DNA of 64,000 bases from a virus (lineage: Duplodnaviria; Caudoviricetes), in IMG/VR virus record IMGVR_UViG_3300006173_000003, positions 9,439 to 73,438 of that record, one strand, 5' to 3'. The position numbers and the translations under genes are program-made. This document shows positions 36,035-46,774 of the stretch, piece by piece. The first letter of the stretch is position 1; every line of letters starts with the position of its first letter. Under the pieces are notes generated by a model, which saw nothing but the letters and a program-made list of their open reading frames with translations, had not been told where the DNA came from and made no database searches.

Positions 36035-38464
36035 ATGTATGGTCCTAGTTATGAGTTGTACCGCACCATAGACGCAAGTAAGAAGGATGCAGTTTGGGGC
36101 GACCTCTGCGTCACGATTTGCCGCAGGGACTGGCGGCCCCTCATAAATCAATCCCGGTGCAGGGAAAACAAAAGGTACTTAGACTCCATGCAGTCTTTGG
36201 AGGACATAATGAATAGGTTTAAAGATAAAAAATTCAAAGAAAGTCTTAATTGGGACCCGCTGGGAATTTGGGAGCCATTTAAAAATACTCTTGTTGAGGA
36301 TATTCTAAAAAATCCACCGAAGGCCGAATTGAAAGCTACAGACGCATCGGCCATAACCGACCGAAAGAAAGACCTGTCCCTTCTCAGAAACAGAAAAATC
36401 ATAGAAGGAGATATATCCAAATACCAGCAACAGGTTGGCCTCCCCGGATACAAATATGAACATAAAAACTTCAAAGGGAATGTCGAAGAATTTGATAGTC
36501 TTCATTTGGACGAGAATGATCCCGAAGATTTGACTTTTTATGAACAGAATCTACAACGACTTAACTACGAAATATCCGGGCAGTCAATTGTTAATAATGT
36601 TCTTAAATCGTGCAGATTCGATGAAGACATAGCAATGAAAACGGTAAGGGATATCCTTGCTGTCAAAGCGCTATGCATTCAGGTTTATGTGGATAAAATG
36701 ACTGGCGAGATAAAAACAAGATATCTATATCCAGAAACATTCTACGGGATATTCGGAGACTCCGGGGATGGCAGAAATGACATAGCTTTAGGGTGGGTAG
36801 ACAATATATCTGTTAACGAATGGCTTCAATTGGTAGGAGACGAATTCAACTGGGATCGGGATTGGAGAAAACTTCTTTGGGCCATCAACTACTGCGGTAA
36901 CACTAAATACACTGGATTTATCCGTAACAACACTCCGTATGATTGTTTTGGCCAAAGAGAATGGATGAGCGAAGGCGGCATAGGTGGTGTAACGCAGAGT
37001 AATCTAATTGAATGGACAATGGCCTTCAATTATCAAGTTAATTGCGGTTATATCGAGTGGAAAACAATTGAGGCTACCTCTACTTTTGTCACCCACGACA
37101 CAAGAGAAGGATACGCCTTTCAGGATATTCCTTATCATATAGAGCTTGAGGAACAGCAAAAACTTGATGGGTACAGTAAAACGAGCAAATACCAGCAGCA
37201 GACATACGGAAGTTATTTCATATCCACCACAGCAGTATCTCAGTGGATTTTTGGTTTCGGAAAGGTATACTATCAAACATTGGAGGGAGCCAATGACGAA
37301 TATTCTTCCGGAACACTACGATACTACCTCATGGAAGGACGCAGCGCCGTTGAGCTTTCCAAGCCATATATAAGACTAGCCAATCATTGCTTTTATAAGA
37401 TGCTCTGGTGCATTGATAAGGCAAAGCCGGAGGCGAGAGAATACGTCTACGAAGAGTTGATTCAAATTGCTAAGGGCATGCAGCGAATGACTCCGCAGAC
37501 GGGAAATGCTAAGGCCCCCAAACTGGATAACATATTACGGGATACCATAGCCTTCATGGAAGAAAATCTGGTGAACATCAGGGCCTACCCGCAAGTGGAA
37601 GGCCGACCCGTTATGCAGCTTCACCCATTGGAAGGGAAACGAAACGGGGTAGATCCGGTTGCTCTTACGTTTCAGGCTATCCTCACATGGGCCACCCAAA
37701 TGGTTTCTCAGTCTATCGGAGTTAATCCAATGCGCGTAGGAGCTAACCCGCCCGCCAGGGAAAGCGGAAAGACGGAAATGAATACCATTGAGTATTCCAT
37801 CAACGCAACAAGCTATATCTATCGGATGCAGCAGAACGTGAAGATGAAAACGGCAACCACTATTCTAAATATCACTCAGGATATAATAAAATTCAAAGAC
37901 TCCATTCCCTATAAATGGCTTCTGACTATAATGGGGAATGAGACATTTAACGGGCTGTTTAATATCGACGACTATGCGGCACATCGGTTCGGCATGTTTA
38001 TACGCGACTACAACGCTACCGCAGAAAAACAACGTATAACCCAAGCTGCCGACATTGCTCTTACGAAAGGAGAATTGTCTTTCGACCAATGGGTAATGGT
38101 TACTCAGGTGGAAGACTTCAAAATGGCCGCAAAAATGCTGTCTCTGTACAAGAGCAAGAAAGAAAAAAGAGAAAGGAAGCAGAAGTTGCAAGAATTAAAA
38201 ATCGCCCAACAGACACAGGCTGAAGCGCACAAGCAAGAAATGGAGCGTATTGTCACAAAAGGGAAACTGGATATCGAAAAAGCCAAACAAGAGAAAGAAG
38301 GGTTTATTGCCGCTGCGCAGATACAAGCAGATAGCCGGATAAAGGTTAAGGAGATTACTGTTGAATCGGAAGGAGATAAACAGGCAGCAAAAGCTACTGC
38401 CTCTAATGAAATAAATACTAAAAAAGAGGATTTAAAAGAGCAAGCCCCATTCGCTAAGACGTAA
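36035..38464 (+). CDS. Portal protein (crAss-like size and position)
   Basis: 809 aa, IGVNPMRVG crown-like segment, C-terminal coiled coil, upstream of scaffold and capsid. Confidence 0.7.
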   Translation: MYGPSYELYRTIDASKKDAVWGDLCVTICRRDWRPLINQSRCRENKRYLDSMQSLEDIMNRFKDKKFKESLNWDPLGIWEPFKNTLVEDILKNPPKAELKATDASAITDRKKDLSLLRNRKIIEGDISKYQQQVGLPGYKYEHKNFKGNVEEFDSLHLDENDPEDLTFYEQNLQRLNYEISGQSIVNNVLKSCRFDEDIAMKTVRDILAVKALCIQVYVDKMTGEIKTRYLYPETFYGIFGDSGDGRNDIALGWVDNISVNEWLQLVGDEFNWDRDWRKLLWAINYCGNTKYTGFIRNNTPYDCFGQREWMSEGGIGGVTQSNLIEWTMAFNYQVNCGYIEWKTIEATSTFVTHDTREGYAFQDIPYHIELEEQQKLDGYSKTSKYQQQTYGSYFISTTAVSQWIFGFGKVYYQTLEGANDEYSSGTLRYYLMEGRSAVELSKPYIRLANHCFYKMLWCIDKAKPEAREYVYEELIQIAKGMQRMTPQTGNAKAPKLDNILRDTIAFMEENLVNIRAYPQVEGRPVMQLHPLEGKRNGVDPVALTFQAILTWATQMVSQSIGVNPMRVGANPPARESGKTEMNTIEYSINATSYIYRMQQNVKMKTATTILNITQDIIKFKDSIPYKWLLTIMGNETFNGLFNIDDYAAHRFGMFIRDYNATAEKQRITQAADIALTKGELSFDQWVMVTQVEDFKMAAKMLSLYKSKKEKRERKQKLQELKIAQQTQAEAHKQEMERIVTKGKLDIEKAKQEKEGFIAAAQIQADSRIKVKEITVESEGDKQAAKATASNEINTKKEDLKEQAPFAKT

Positions 38465-38759
38465 TCAATCTTGAAATAATAAACTCATCTACAACGGATG
38501 CGACTGGGCGTTGCATCCGTTTTGCTATTTGGGAAAGAGCATCGTACGTTTCCTGATCCATGAAACAATTTCTTTTTATTCTCTTTCCCATAGCTGGAGT
38601 GATACAGATGGGGCATTCATCAAACTTGGACTTCATTTTCTGTAGTTCAGATCTCATCAATGAATTGAAGTCCCTCTTTTTTAGCTCAGTCGCTTTGGCG
38701 TCAAGCGCAGCCCACTCTGCTTCCGTTCGGGATAACTGTACACGTTTTGGGGTTTTCAT
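38454..38759 (-). CDS. Antisense regulator with two ribbon-helix-helix-like repeats
   Basis: RVQLSRTEAEWAALDAKA...FNSLMR and RNCFMDQETYDALSQIAKRMQRPVASVVDEFI. Confidence 0.6.
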   Translation of the reverse strand: MKTPKRVQLSRTEAEWAALDAKATELKKRDFNSLMRSELQKMKSKFDECPICITPAMGKRIKRNCFMDQETYDALSQIAKRMQRPVASVVDEFIISRLITS

Positions 38760-38827
38760 TCCACAAATTACATCTTTTTTTGGAGCTATAAATACTGGTA
38801 TTCAAAAAAACGGACTATAAAGAAAAC

Positions 38828-38835
38828 TACATTTG
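38828..38835 (+). promoter_or_regulatory. -7 element for scaffold-capsid operon
   Basis: TACATTTG 20 nt upstream of ATG 38856. Confidence 0.55.
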
Positions 38836-38855
38836 AACTGAAAATCATAAAATTC

Positions 38856-39923
38856 ATGAGTTTAGAGGCGATAAACAACATGCGGAAATTACAGGGACTT
38901 GAACCCTTGACCGAACTTCCAAAAGAGGGAGGAGCCGCAGACGCTAAAACTCCGGAACAGATTGAAGCCGAAAGGCTGGCCGCAGAAGCGAAGGCAAAAA
39001 CGGAAAACCAAAATAATTCCACTGAAACGGAATTGAGCGACGAACAATTGCTCAAGCAGTTGGAAAAGAGAGGGATAACCGCAAAATCCTTTGAAGAACT
39101 AAAAACTCCCCCCACTCCGCCTGACCCAGCTAAATTAGCCGAACAGAGAGAGGCTGAAGAGTTGGCTTATGGGCTTAGCAAGGGCCTTTTCAATAAAAAA
39201 GAATATGACGGGTTCGTTGCAGATACGAACAATGCACAGAATCTCGTTTTCGCGCAATACCACGCAGAAGCCAAGGCCGAAGACCCCGAACTGACCGACG
39301 AAGAAATTCAATTGGAGTTCGAATCGAAATATGGTCTGGATGCTGAACCTGGGACTCGCAAGCACAAGCGTGGTGTAAAAGAGATCAACACCATTGCTGA
39401 ATCTCTCCTGAAACAGAAATATGGGAAAATTTATGAAGCTAAATCTTCCTTTACTGGATACGAAAAACAAGCTCAGGCCGAAAGGTCCGATAAGGCCAAA
39501 CTTGAAGCCGGTCTCCCCGTCTTTAATAAAGACCTTGAAGAAGTTTTCGGACAGTTGAAGAAAATCCCCATTAAGTTTTCAGATACAGAAAGCGTTGAAG
39601 TTGATGCTTTGCAGTCTGGGCTGGATGAACTGAAGGAGATGATGCTGAAACCGGATAATGCCAAAAAAGAGGTTCTTTCCGGATACACAAAAGAAGAATT
39701 GAAAGAGCGGATGTTCGCTGCCTTTTTGTACAGAAATTTCCCAGCCATTGCAAAAGAAGTCGCCAATCAGCACTTGATGAAACATGCTGCGGGAACAAAG
39801 GGTATTCCCCTGTTAGGAGGAAAGACAAGGAAAGACGGGGAAGGAGATTTGGTTCCTACCGAGGCCCAGAAAGTTCTTATCGAGTTGCATAAAAAACACA
39901 ATCAGCCTGCAACTGCAAATTAA
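38856..39923 (+). CDS. Putative scaffolding protein
   Basis: Acidic, helical, Glu/Lys-rich ORF between portal and major capsid gene. Confidence 0.6.
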   Translation: MSLEAINNMRKLQGLEPLTELPKEGGAADAKTPEQIEAERLAAEAKAKTENQNNSTETELSDEQLLKQLEKRGITAKSFEELKTPPTPPDPAKLAEQREAEELAYGLSKGLFNKKEYDGFVADTNNAQNLVFAQYHAEAKAEDPELTDEEIQLEFESKYGLDAEPGTRKHKRGVKEINTIAESLLKQKYGKIYEAKSSFTGYEKQAQAERSDKAKLEAGLPVFNKDLEEVFGQLKKIPIKFSDTESVEVDALQSGLDELKEMMLKPDNAKKEVLSGYTKEELKERMFAAFLYRNFPAIAKEVANQHLMKHAAGTKGIPLLGGKTRKDGEGDLVPTEAQKVLIELHKKHNQPATAN

Positions 39924-39949
39924 AACCACAAAAAGAATAAACGTTTAAT

Positions 39950-41488
39950 ATGGCTATCCCAATTTACTCAAACCGGCCCCGATTTTCGACCAAGCAGCAA
40001 ACGCTTGATCAAATCCTGACGATTGACAAGTTCAACGCCATGACTCAATCGGCGCTGGAAACTACTTCCGGGAATAACATCACCCCCGCTCAGGCCGCTT
40101 TGTATGGCGACCCAAACATGGGGACGACCTTCCGGCAAAATGTAGTCCACCAAGTAATCAACCTATCGGGTAGCCCTATTGACCTTAACTTCTTTATGGC
40201 TGCGTTTGGCTCTCAGGAAAAAATGGTAGACACGAAAAGGTTCTGGAATCATTACATGGGTGATACTTCCTTAAATCTGTATCCGGCCAACTCTGCAACC
40301 GCTGCTGGTCCTGGTCAGCCACTTGTGTTTCAGGTGTTAAAGCAGAACCACGGATCAAACGGTACGTTGACCTTCGCCGGTCAGGGATATTCCTTCTGGG
40401 ATAAGGATAACATGATTGAAGGCATCATTACCAACGTTGACCCAACAATTCCTTTTGCCAATAAGGTAACGGTTATCCCGACAGACGCAACAGTAACTCT
40501 TTCTGTAACTGCAAACAGCCCATACCTCATTACACCTGCCCGTAGGGTCGGGGGGTTAAGCCAGCAGCAGATCACTAACCAGATGTCCTCTATTGGATAT
40601 TCTCAGGAAGTAAACTTCCTGCGTGTTCGTAGGGACTGGAAAGTGGCTATTGACCTGCTTCGTTCTTACAGGGACAAGATTCAATACCCCGTTATCTATG
40701 ACATCAACGGTAATCCAATGGATAGCTGGGATGTGTACGAAGCAATGGAAGCCAGAGAGGGTCTACGTATGGCGCTCAACCTCGCCTCGTGGATCGGCAC
40801 TCCGACCACAAACCAGTCCCTCATTACCGGAGCAAACGCTGTCATCGACGGAGATCATACAGGCTTCTACGGTATGCTGCCTTCCATCAAATTTGGCGGA
40901 GGTGTAGTATATGACTTCCCGCAGAGTATCGGTTTTGACTTCGAAGCAGACGGGGAACCTCTGTTCTTATGGCAGGATAGCCGGAAGCAGACTACCCGGT
41001 TCATGTGTAAGCATGGTCTTGCCTTCGACTTCACAAAGAACGACCGGTCAAACAAGCTCGTAGCCAATACGCAGGTAGGGTCTACCGTGTACGAAGCCTA
41101 CAAGCGTCTGGAAGGAATGGATTCTTCCTACAAGACTGGTCTCGCAAAAATGGGTATCAACTCTTACAAATACAATTCCTTCGAGCTTGACTTCATGCTC
41201 TGGGGCGCGCTGTCCGATCAGCGTTACGCTGGTTCTGATTACTTCAGCAACCTTTGCGTAATGATCCCAGCAGAAGGCGCTCGTGAAGGCGGTCGCCAGA
41301 TCAATCCAATGGAGTTCTACCAGTACGGTCAGAACGGTTGGACAGGCGATTACGAAGAGTTCTATGTAGACAACCGGACCCAGACAATCGCAGAAGACTC
41401 TATCCAAGGGTTCTGTGCTCAATCCCTGGCATTCGCAATGCACGGTCCGGATCTGTTCATTTTGTTAAACCCTGTAAAGGCTGCATAA
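39950..41488 (+). CDS. Major capsid protein
   Basis: 512 aa, position after scaffold, strongly C-ending codon bias suggesting high expression. Confidence 0.7.
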   Translation: MAIPIYSNRPRFSTKQQTLDQILTIDKFNAMTQSALETTSGNNITPAQAALYGDPNMGTTFRQNVVHQVINLSGSPIDLNFFMAAFGSQEKMVDTKRFWNHYMGDTSLNLYPANSATAAGPGQPLVFQVLKQNHGSNGTLTFAGQGYSFWDKDNMIEGIITNVDPTIPFANKVTVIPTDATVTLSVTANSPYLITPARRVGGLSQQQITNQMSSIGYSQEVNFLRVRRDWKVAIDLLRSYRDKIQYPVIYDINGNPMDSWDVYEAMEAREGLRMALNLASWIGTPTTNQSLITGANAVIDGDHTGFYGMLPSIKFGGGVVYDFPQSIGFDFEADGEPLFLWQDSRKQTTRFMCKHGLAFDFTKNDRSNKLVANTQVGSTVYEAYKRLEGMDSSYKTGLAKMGINSYKYNSFELDFMLWGALSDQRYAGSDYFSNLCVMIPAEGAREGGRQINPMEFYQYGQNGWTGDYEEFYVDNRTQTIAEDSIQGFCAQSLAFAMHGPDLFILLNPVKAA

Positions 41489-41489
41489 C

Positions 41490-42440
41490 ATGGCAAAAAA
41501 AGAAGAAATCGGGTTCGACTCAGAAGAGGTCAAAGAAGAAAAGGCCCCTGTCCTATACATTGAACTATTCGACCGTAGAGGTAGTGGGTTCATATTGGAT
41601 GACGGGAACCGGGGGACACAAAAACAGACAGAGATCGACTGTCCCACTGCTGAGTTTATCCCGAATTTTGGGTTTCGCCGGGGTGTTAAAAAAGTAAATG
41701 GTAAGGAAGTGTTCTACAACGAACAAATCCGGTACATAAAAGAGCAGACGGAAATATCTGTCGAAAAGCAAAAGGAATTGGGTATTGTCCGCTCCCGAGC
41801 AGGGAAAGAGGATATGATCGAAGTAAAGAAAGGTAGTTTTACCGTTGCCAAAGAAGGCTCTTTCATCGGCTTATATGACTACCTGATGGAGTCTTTCTAC
41901 AATGCCGATAACCCTGATCGTAGCTCTACTGCAACGAAGATATATCGGGTCATTAAGCTAGGTGAGGAAGAAGAAGGTATGAACGAGGACGATATCTTAA
42001 TGGCTGATGCAATTAAGTTGGTGGCTAAATTTTACCAAAAAGTTGGCAAAAATAAGTTCACCTATAACGAGGAAAAGATCAACGCCCTCTGCGAATTGTT
42101 TACCATTTTTGCCGAAACGATGCCAGGTAAGATCGCCGCTCTGAACGGTCTGGCTAAGATCGATCCCAAAACCTTCCTTGAAAAAGCGGCCAAGTTCGAA
42201 CAGGTCACTATTACTGAGATTGCTCAGGCCCTTCAACTGAACGTCATCCAGATCAAAGATAATGTTCTCCAGTACGTAGACAAGGAGAAAATCATCCTTA
42301 GTTTTGGAACCGCCAAGTTGAGCCGGGAGAAACAAATCGAAAAAGCAGCCGACCTCCTGCATACCCCGGAACTGAAAGCAGCATACGAAGAACTGCAATT
42401 AGAACTGGAGATTGCTCAGGAAAAACAGTTAAAATCGTAA
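41490..42440 (+). CDS. Hypothetical head-associated protein
   Basis: 316-aa ORF directly after the capsid gene. Confidence 0.5.
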   Translation: MAKKEEIGFDSEEVKEEKAPVLYIELFDRRGSGFILDDGNRGTQKQTEIDCPTAEFIPNFGFRRGVKKVNGKEVFYNEQIRYIKEQTEISVEKQKELGIVRSRAGKEDMIEVKKGSFTVAKEGSFIGLYDYLMESFYNADNPDRSSTATKIYRVIKLGEEEEGMNEDDILMADAIKLVAKFYQKVGKNKFTYNEEKINALCELFTIFAETMPGKIAALNGLAKIDPKTFLEKAAKFEQVTITEIAQALQLNVIQIKDNVLQYVDKEKIILSFGTAKLSREKQIEKAADLLHTPELKAAYEELQLELEIAQEKQLKS

Positions 42441-42461
42441 CTAATTTAAAATAGAAATTCA

Positions 42462-43184
42462 ATGCCAGCTTACATTCCAGCACTTGTCGTACAAAAAAAC
42501 AACAGTGTCTTTATTGCAACAACGGGAGTAACTGTCCAAAAAAGCGGCGGCGCTGAAATTTTGGCCGGCGTGGGCCTCTCTACTGAGATACCAACAGCGG
42601 ACGATGGCGGTGTTCCTGACGGGGATTACTGGGCGCTACCAGTAAATGACAGCGGCATTGTAACCTCATTCCATTATCTGCCATACAATGCAAATGATCC
42701 TATCGGAAGCATTAAGCCCAATGCACAGGCTTTTGCTGTTTGCCGGATCATGAACACCAAAGCTAGTGATTACTGGTATATTGTCGGAACGGTGGCTCAA
42801 TACATCACAGCCAATGGCGGCGCAGCGTTACCAACTACTATTTCGGCTCTTGTTGCTCCCTGCCAGGGTCTTGGAGAATGGAATGTCAATAAAAAGTACT
42901 TTGCTATTTTGGCCCTTCCGGCCCTTGGCCCTGTTAATGATCGATATTTTCCGTATGGATACTTCAATGGAGTTGCGTTGCCTGCCGCTTCGAATGCTGG
43001 CTATACTACGCCGGCCACGTTGCTGACGTTTCTGAATGCTAACTGGACAAATGTCGGTAGCCCCGTATCTCAGATTACATGGACGGTATCTGCGGATAAT
43101 CTGACACTGATGGGAGAAGAAAACAATGGAGTCGGAACGGATATTTTCTGTGGAGCGGTCGTTGCTATTAATCCATCTTTGTAA
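42462..43184 (+). CDS. Putative capsid decoration protein, paralogue 1
   Basis: Shares YWAxP..DxG and YFPYG..N.VALPAAS..GY....TLLTFLN..W.NVGSP with next gene. Confidence 0.5.
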   Translation: MPAYIPALVVQKNNSVFIATTGVTVQKSGGAEILAGVGLSTEIPTADDGGVPDGDYWALPVNDSGIVTSFHYLPYNANDPIGSIKPNAQAFAVCRIMNTKASDYWYIVGTVAQYITANGGAALPTTISALVAPCQGLGEWNVNKKYFAILALPALGPVNDRYFPYGYFNGVALPAASNAGYTTPATLLTFLNANWTNVGSPVSQITWTVSADNLTLMGEENNGVGTDIFCGAVVAINPSL

Positions 43185-43195
43185 TCTTATTTTGA

Positions 43196-43900
43196 ATGGC
43201 GTTTCAGATACCTAATGCGTTAATTCCCTGCTATGTCATTCAAATGAATAATACCTTATTCATTGAGGGCGATCAGATTAAGGGAAGGATATTGGAGATA
43301 CCATGCAAGAACGATTTTATCGATGATCCTAATTATTGGGCTGTTCCGATAAAAGATGCTGGTATTTTTACGACCATTGAGTATATACCGGTAGCTTTAT
43401 CTCCCAACCCACCCACCTTTGATAGCTTCAATGTGTTTAGGGTAAGGGACAAACTTTCTGGATATTTTTGGTGGATATATGGGACACAGCAGAATTTCGT
43501 AAGTTCTTGTTCTACTTGTTGCGGAGCCGGGGCGATACCAATGCCCAATACAACAGTTGGCGGCGTAGTTATATCAATAGCTCCTTGTGATACGATGGAT
43601 ATTGTGAATACAGCAGGTGTGCCTTATTCTAGGACGGCTCTTCCTGATTTGGTTGGTAGCGAGACATATTTTCCATATGGAGCGTACAACAACGTAGCGT
43701 TGCCAGCAGCCAGCGGGTCAGGATATCCGGACACAACAACTCTCCTGACCTTTTTGAATACGAGTTGGAAGAATGTCGGTAGTCCGAACGCAAATTTCAC
43801 ATGGACACTATCTGCCGACGGAATAACATTGACCGCCACCGGTGGTTTTGCAGGAGACTCGCTGTGTGTCGTTATCGCAACGGTCGGGACATCGGCGTAA
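43196..43900 (+). CDS. Putative capsid decoration protein, paralogue 2
   Basis: End-to-end similarity to 42462-43184; additional CSTCCG. Confidence 0.5.
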   Translation: MAFQIPNALIPCYVIQMNNTLFIEGDQIKGRILEIPCKNDFIDDPNYWAVPIKDAGIFTTIEYIPVALSPNPPTFDSFNVFRVRDKLSGYFWWIYGTQQNFVSSCSTCCGAGAIPMPNTTVGGVVISIAPCDTMDIVNTAGVPYSRTALPDLVGSETYFPYGAYNNVALPAASGSGYPDTTTLLTFLNTSWKNVGSPNANFTWTLSADGITLTATGGFAGDSLCVVIATVGTSA

Positions 43901-43943
43901 AGACATAAAAAATTCCTCCGCTGCGAGGGTTAGTAATACCAGA

Positions 43944-43973
43944 GGGGGCAGTTCGTAAGGATTGGCCCCTTTT
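43944..43973 (+). terminator. Intrinsic terminator after head operon
   Basis: GGGGCAGT/ATTGGCCCC stem with one bulge followed by TTTT. Confidence 0.6.
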
Positions 43974-43987
43974 AAATTAAATAGGAA

Positions 43988-46129
43988 ATGATTATCAACG
44001 GGTCGCCTGATATCAGCTTATTGTCACTCCAAGCAACTTGGGATATCTCAGGAACTTTGCCTGCTATCACCCTCGTGAATCAATCCCAAGGACCCAATCT
44101 TGGCAACTTGACCACATGGTTTGTTGTATCCTCCCCTACGCAGACTCTTATTCACGAAGGATCGCAAACAACTCCGGATATTACAGGTAATTGGACAAAC
44201 TATTCTTTGACTGACTCTTGGCCCCGTCCGTTTAATCAGATAGAGTTTTCTGGTGCTCCATATTCATTGACCATTTACATAATGGACAGCATAGGGAATA
44301 TTTACAGCGATAATTATCTGGCTGTAATTTGCCGACCTTCAGGGAATACAAACCTTTCAAAAAACTTCTACGGGATATCCAATACAGACGTTCAGGTTCA
44401 ATGCCAGCAGGCGAGACTTTATTTTCAGGATCAGACAAACACGTCTTACCAGGGGCTACCTGGGACACTTGTTTCCTCTGTCCTTCGACTGGTATACCCG
44501 ATAGACGAAACGGGTAATATACCGGCCCCATTTGTTATAACCAATTTTTCATCCGCTGCGGCTCCCATAAGCTACAGTTCTGATAATTACCAGTTTCAAA
44601 CACAACTGGTATATGACTACGACTTTGGAAACGGAATTCATGTAAGGATAAGATACCAGACGATAAATCCAAAGAACGGGGTTAGTTATATCACTTTCCC
44701 GGTTCTGTGCAACATCGATTTATCTCCTCTTGTATGCGAATATGAAAAATTGGTTGATAGTATAGAAAGTGGCTCTTGTGTCAACGTACAAGATGCGGAA
44801 AGAAAGTTGATGTTGATCAATCCAAAATTTGCTATGGTGGTCATGGGATTGATGCAGCCACTTACAGGCATCGATGTTCCGGGGTTGATATCTGAGATTG
44901 AAACCATAGGAGGATTTACCTGTGACTGCTGTAATGCGCCTACTGGAATTATCCCACAAACCTCTTCCGTCATCGACGGATATTCTTTTCAGATAGTACC
45001 CGTTTGTGGGGATATAACAGGAACAGTTCAGGTGACGGGAACAAACGTTCAACTTTTACTATCGGACAAGACTTACAACTTTGTCATAAGCGGTTCGTCT
45101 CCTACTGCCGCATTTGCCATAACTCCGGCTACCGTAGGGTGCGTAAAGACTTATTCATTCAATGTCGATCTGGTTACTCTAAGTACGGATTTATTGAATA
45201 CCATAAAGACCGACGCCGGACTAGTTAACCTGTTCAACAGCATAGTAACCGGAGGATCTGCTGGACTCATAGCGGCAGACGGTAAGTGCGTGTATCAATC
45301 TTCGTCAACATTTAATTACACGTTCACCCTTTCTAATATACCGATATCGACAACATTTGCAATACTTAGTCAGCTAACAGTAGGAGCGTCCGTTCAGAGC
45401 CTTAGTTTCTCGTTCAATCTGACCAATCTTCCGGCGCTTCAATCTTATTTGAATGGCCTTGGTCTTGGAACTTTTGTGGTCACTAACCCATCGGGACAGA
45501 CCGTACAGATAGCCAGTTCCGACAACTCGAATATCCTGTCCTCTATGGTGTATGGGATATCATCTACTAATTTTATTGCTACCCAGTCTTCAAATGCGTC
45601 AGGATACACGCCAATACCGGCAAATCAGGTAATCCAATTCATCATAAACTATTTATGCGGACTTACCGATGGGCAGATAATAACCTCTCAGGATTATACC
45701 ATTTCTTTTATAGGGAATAATGGTCAACCTCAGCAAGTAGTTTTTGGTAAAGGAAGTACATTGGCCGCATTCCTTGCCGAATTAGTAAGCCTTCAGGGGC
45801 AAACAGTGCAGAATATAGGGAATAATCTATCCGTAAGCTGCGATAGTTTGAAGAACGCATTTCCTGTTTCTCAGACACCCATAACAGCGACCGATTTCTT
45901 ATACATAACGAGGGGAGGAGAATGCAGTCGAGGAAACTTTTTAGATGTGTTTAATTACATGCTTACCTCTGGAATTACAAATGCTACTACCAAGGCCGCT
46001 TTCTGTGCATTTGTATCGTCTTGTGGGGCCGGTATGACATGCGACGGATACAGCTTTTTTGACACTTTCGTGACAATATTCGACACTAGCTGTCCTAGTA
46101 TCGTCGGTATTTCGTATCAACTTAATTAG
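43988..46129 (+). CDS. Tail/fibre-associated structural protein
   Basis: 713 aa, Ser/Thr/Asn-rich beta protein with CDCC and other Cys pairs; no signal peptide. Confidence 0.5.
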   Translation: MIINGSPDISLLSLQATWDISGTLPAITLVNQSQGPNLGNLTTWFVVSSPTQTLIHEGSQTTPDITGNWTNYSLTDSWPRPFNQIEFSGAPYSLTIYIMDSIGNIYSDNYLAVICRPSGNTNLSKNFYGISNTDVQVQCQQARLYFQDQTNTSYQGLPGTLVSSVLRLVYPIDETGNIPAPFVITNFSSAAAPISYSSDNYQFQTQLVYDYDFGNGIHVRIRYQTINPKNGVSYITFPVLCNIDLSPLVCEYEKLVDSIESGSCVNVQDAERKLMLINPKFAMVVMGLMQPLTGIDVPGLISEIETIGGFTCDCCNAPTGIIPQTSSVIDGYSFQIVPVCGDITGTVQVTGTNVQLLLSDKTYNFVISGSSPTAAFAITPATVGCVKTYSFNVDLVTLSTDLLNTIKTDAGLVNLFNSIVTGGSAGLIAADGKCVYQSSSTFNYTFTLSNIPISTTFAILSQLTVGASVQSLSFSFNLTNLPALQSYLNGLGLGTFVVTNPSGQTVQIASSDNSNILSSMVYGISSTNFIATQSSNASGYTPIPANQVIQFIINYLCGLTDGQIITSQDYTISFIGNNGQPQQVVFGKGSTLAAFLAELVSLQGQTVQNIGNNLSVSCDSLKNAFPVSQTPITATDFLYITRGGECSRGNFLDVFNYMLTSGITNATTKAAFCAFVSSCGAGMTCDGYSFFDTFVTIFDTSCPSIVGISYQLN

Positions 46130-46133
46130 TAAT

Positions 46134-46772
46134 ATGAATAGAAGGAAACATAATATTGGCGATAAGTTTGGCAGGCTGACAATATCTAAAATTCTTCCTA
46201 ACCGAATTGTGGAAGCAGAGTGCGAATGCGGCAAAGTGAAGGAGTATCATTTTAACAACATTACCTCTGGGAAGACATCTTCTTGTGGTTGCTATAATTC
46301 AGAGCTTAATTTTAAGCATGGCGGATGCGCTCACCCGCTATACACTGTTTGGGAGGGAATATGCCAGAGGTGTTATAGTAAAAATCACCAAAACTATAAA
46401 AACTATGGAGGGAAGGGGGTTACTATGTGTAATGAATGGAAAGAAGATTTCGGGTCGTTTAAAAAATGGGCATTGGATAATGGATGGAAGAAGGGATTGA
46501 AGGTGGATAAAGATATTAAGGCCCCCAAAACAGGTCCAAAAATATACTCACCAGATCATTGTTCTATAATAACTCATCAAGAGAATTTAAGAAATAAGGT
46601 AGACAATAAAATAATAGAATACAACGGCGTTTCTTTGTGTTTAACCGAATGGTCTGAAGTATTGGGAATAAAATACTGTTGTTTGAGAGCTAGAATAGAT
46701 AGGGGCTGGGACACAGAGCGGGCTTTCACAAAACAAAATTTTACTCATAATCAAAAAAGAAAGGTTGCGTAA
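46134..46772 (+). mobile_element. Free-standing HNH-like homing endonuclease gene
   Basis: IGDKFGRLT, CECG, SCGC, RCY...YKNYGGKGVTMCNEW, ITHQENLRNK, LTEWSE...RARIDRGW; Lys-rich, unlike its neighbours. Confidence 0.7.
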
Positions 46773-46774
46773 AA

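Noticed and set aside
688-38801. Shared 8-mer CCAGTATT/AATACTGG near two promoters (688-695 and 38790-38797)
   Set aside because: Too short and too few copies to separate from chance in AT-rich DNA
46134-46772. Group I intron splitting a tail gene
   Set aside because: Flanking gaps of 4 and 2 nt cannot hold an intron core, and neighbours have their own stop and start
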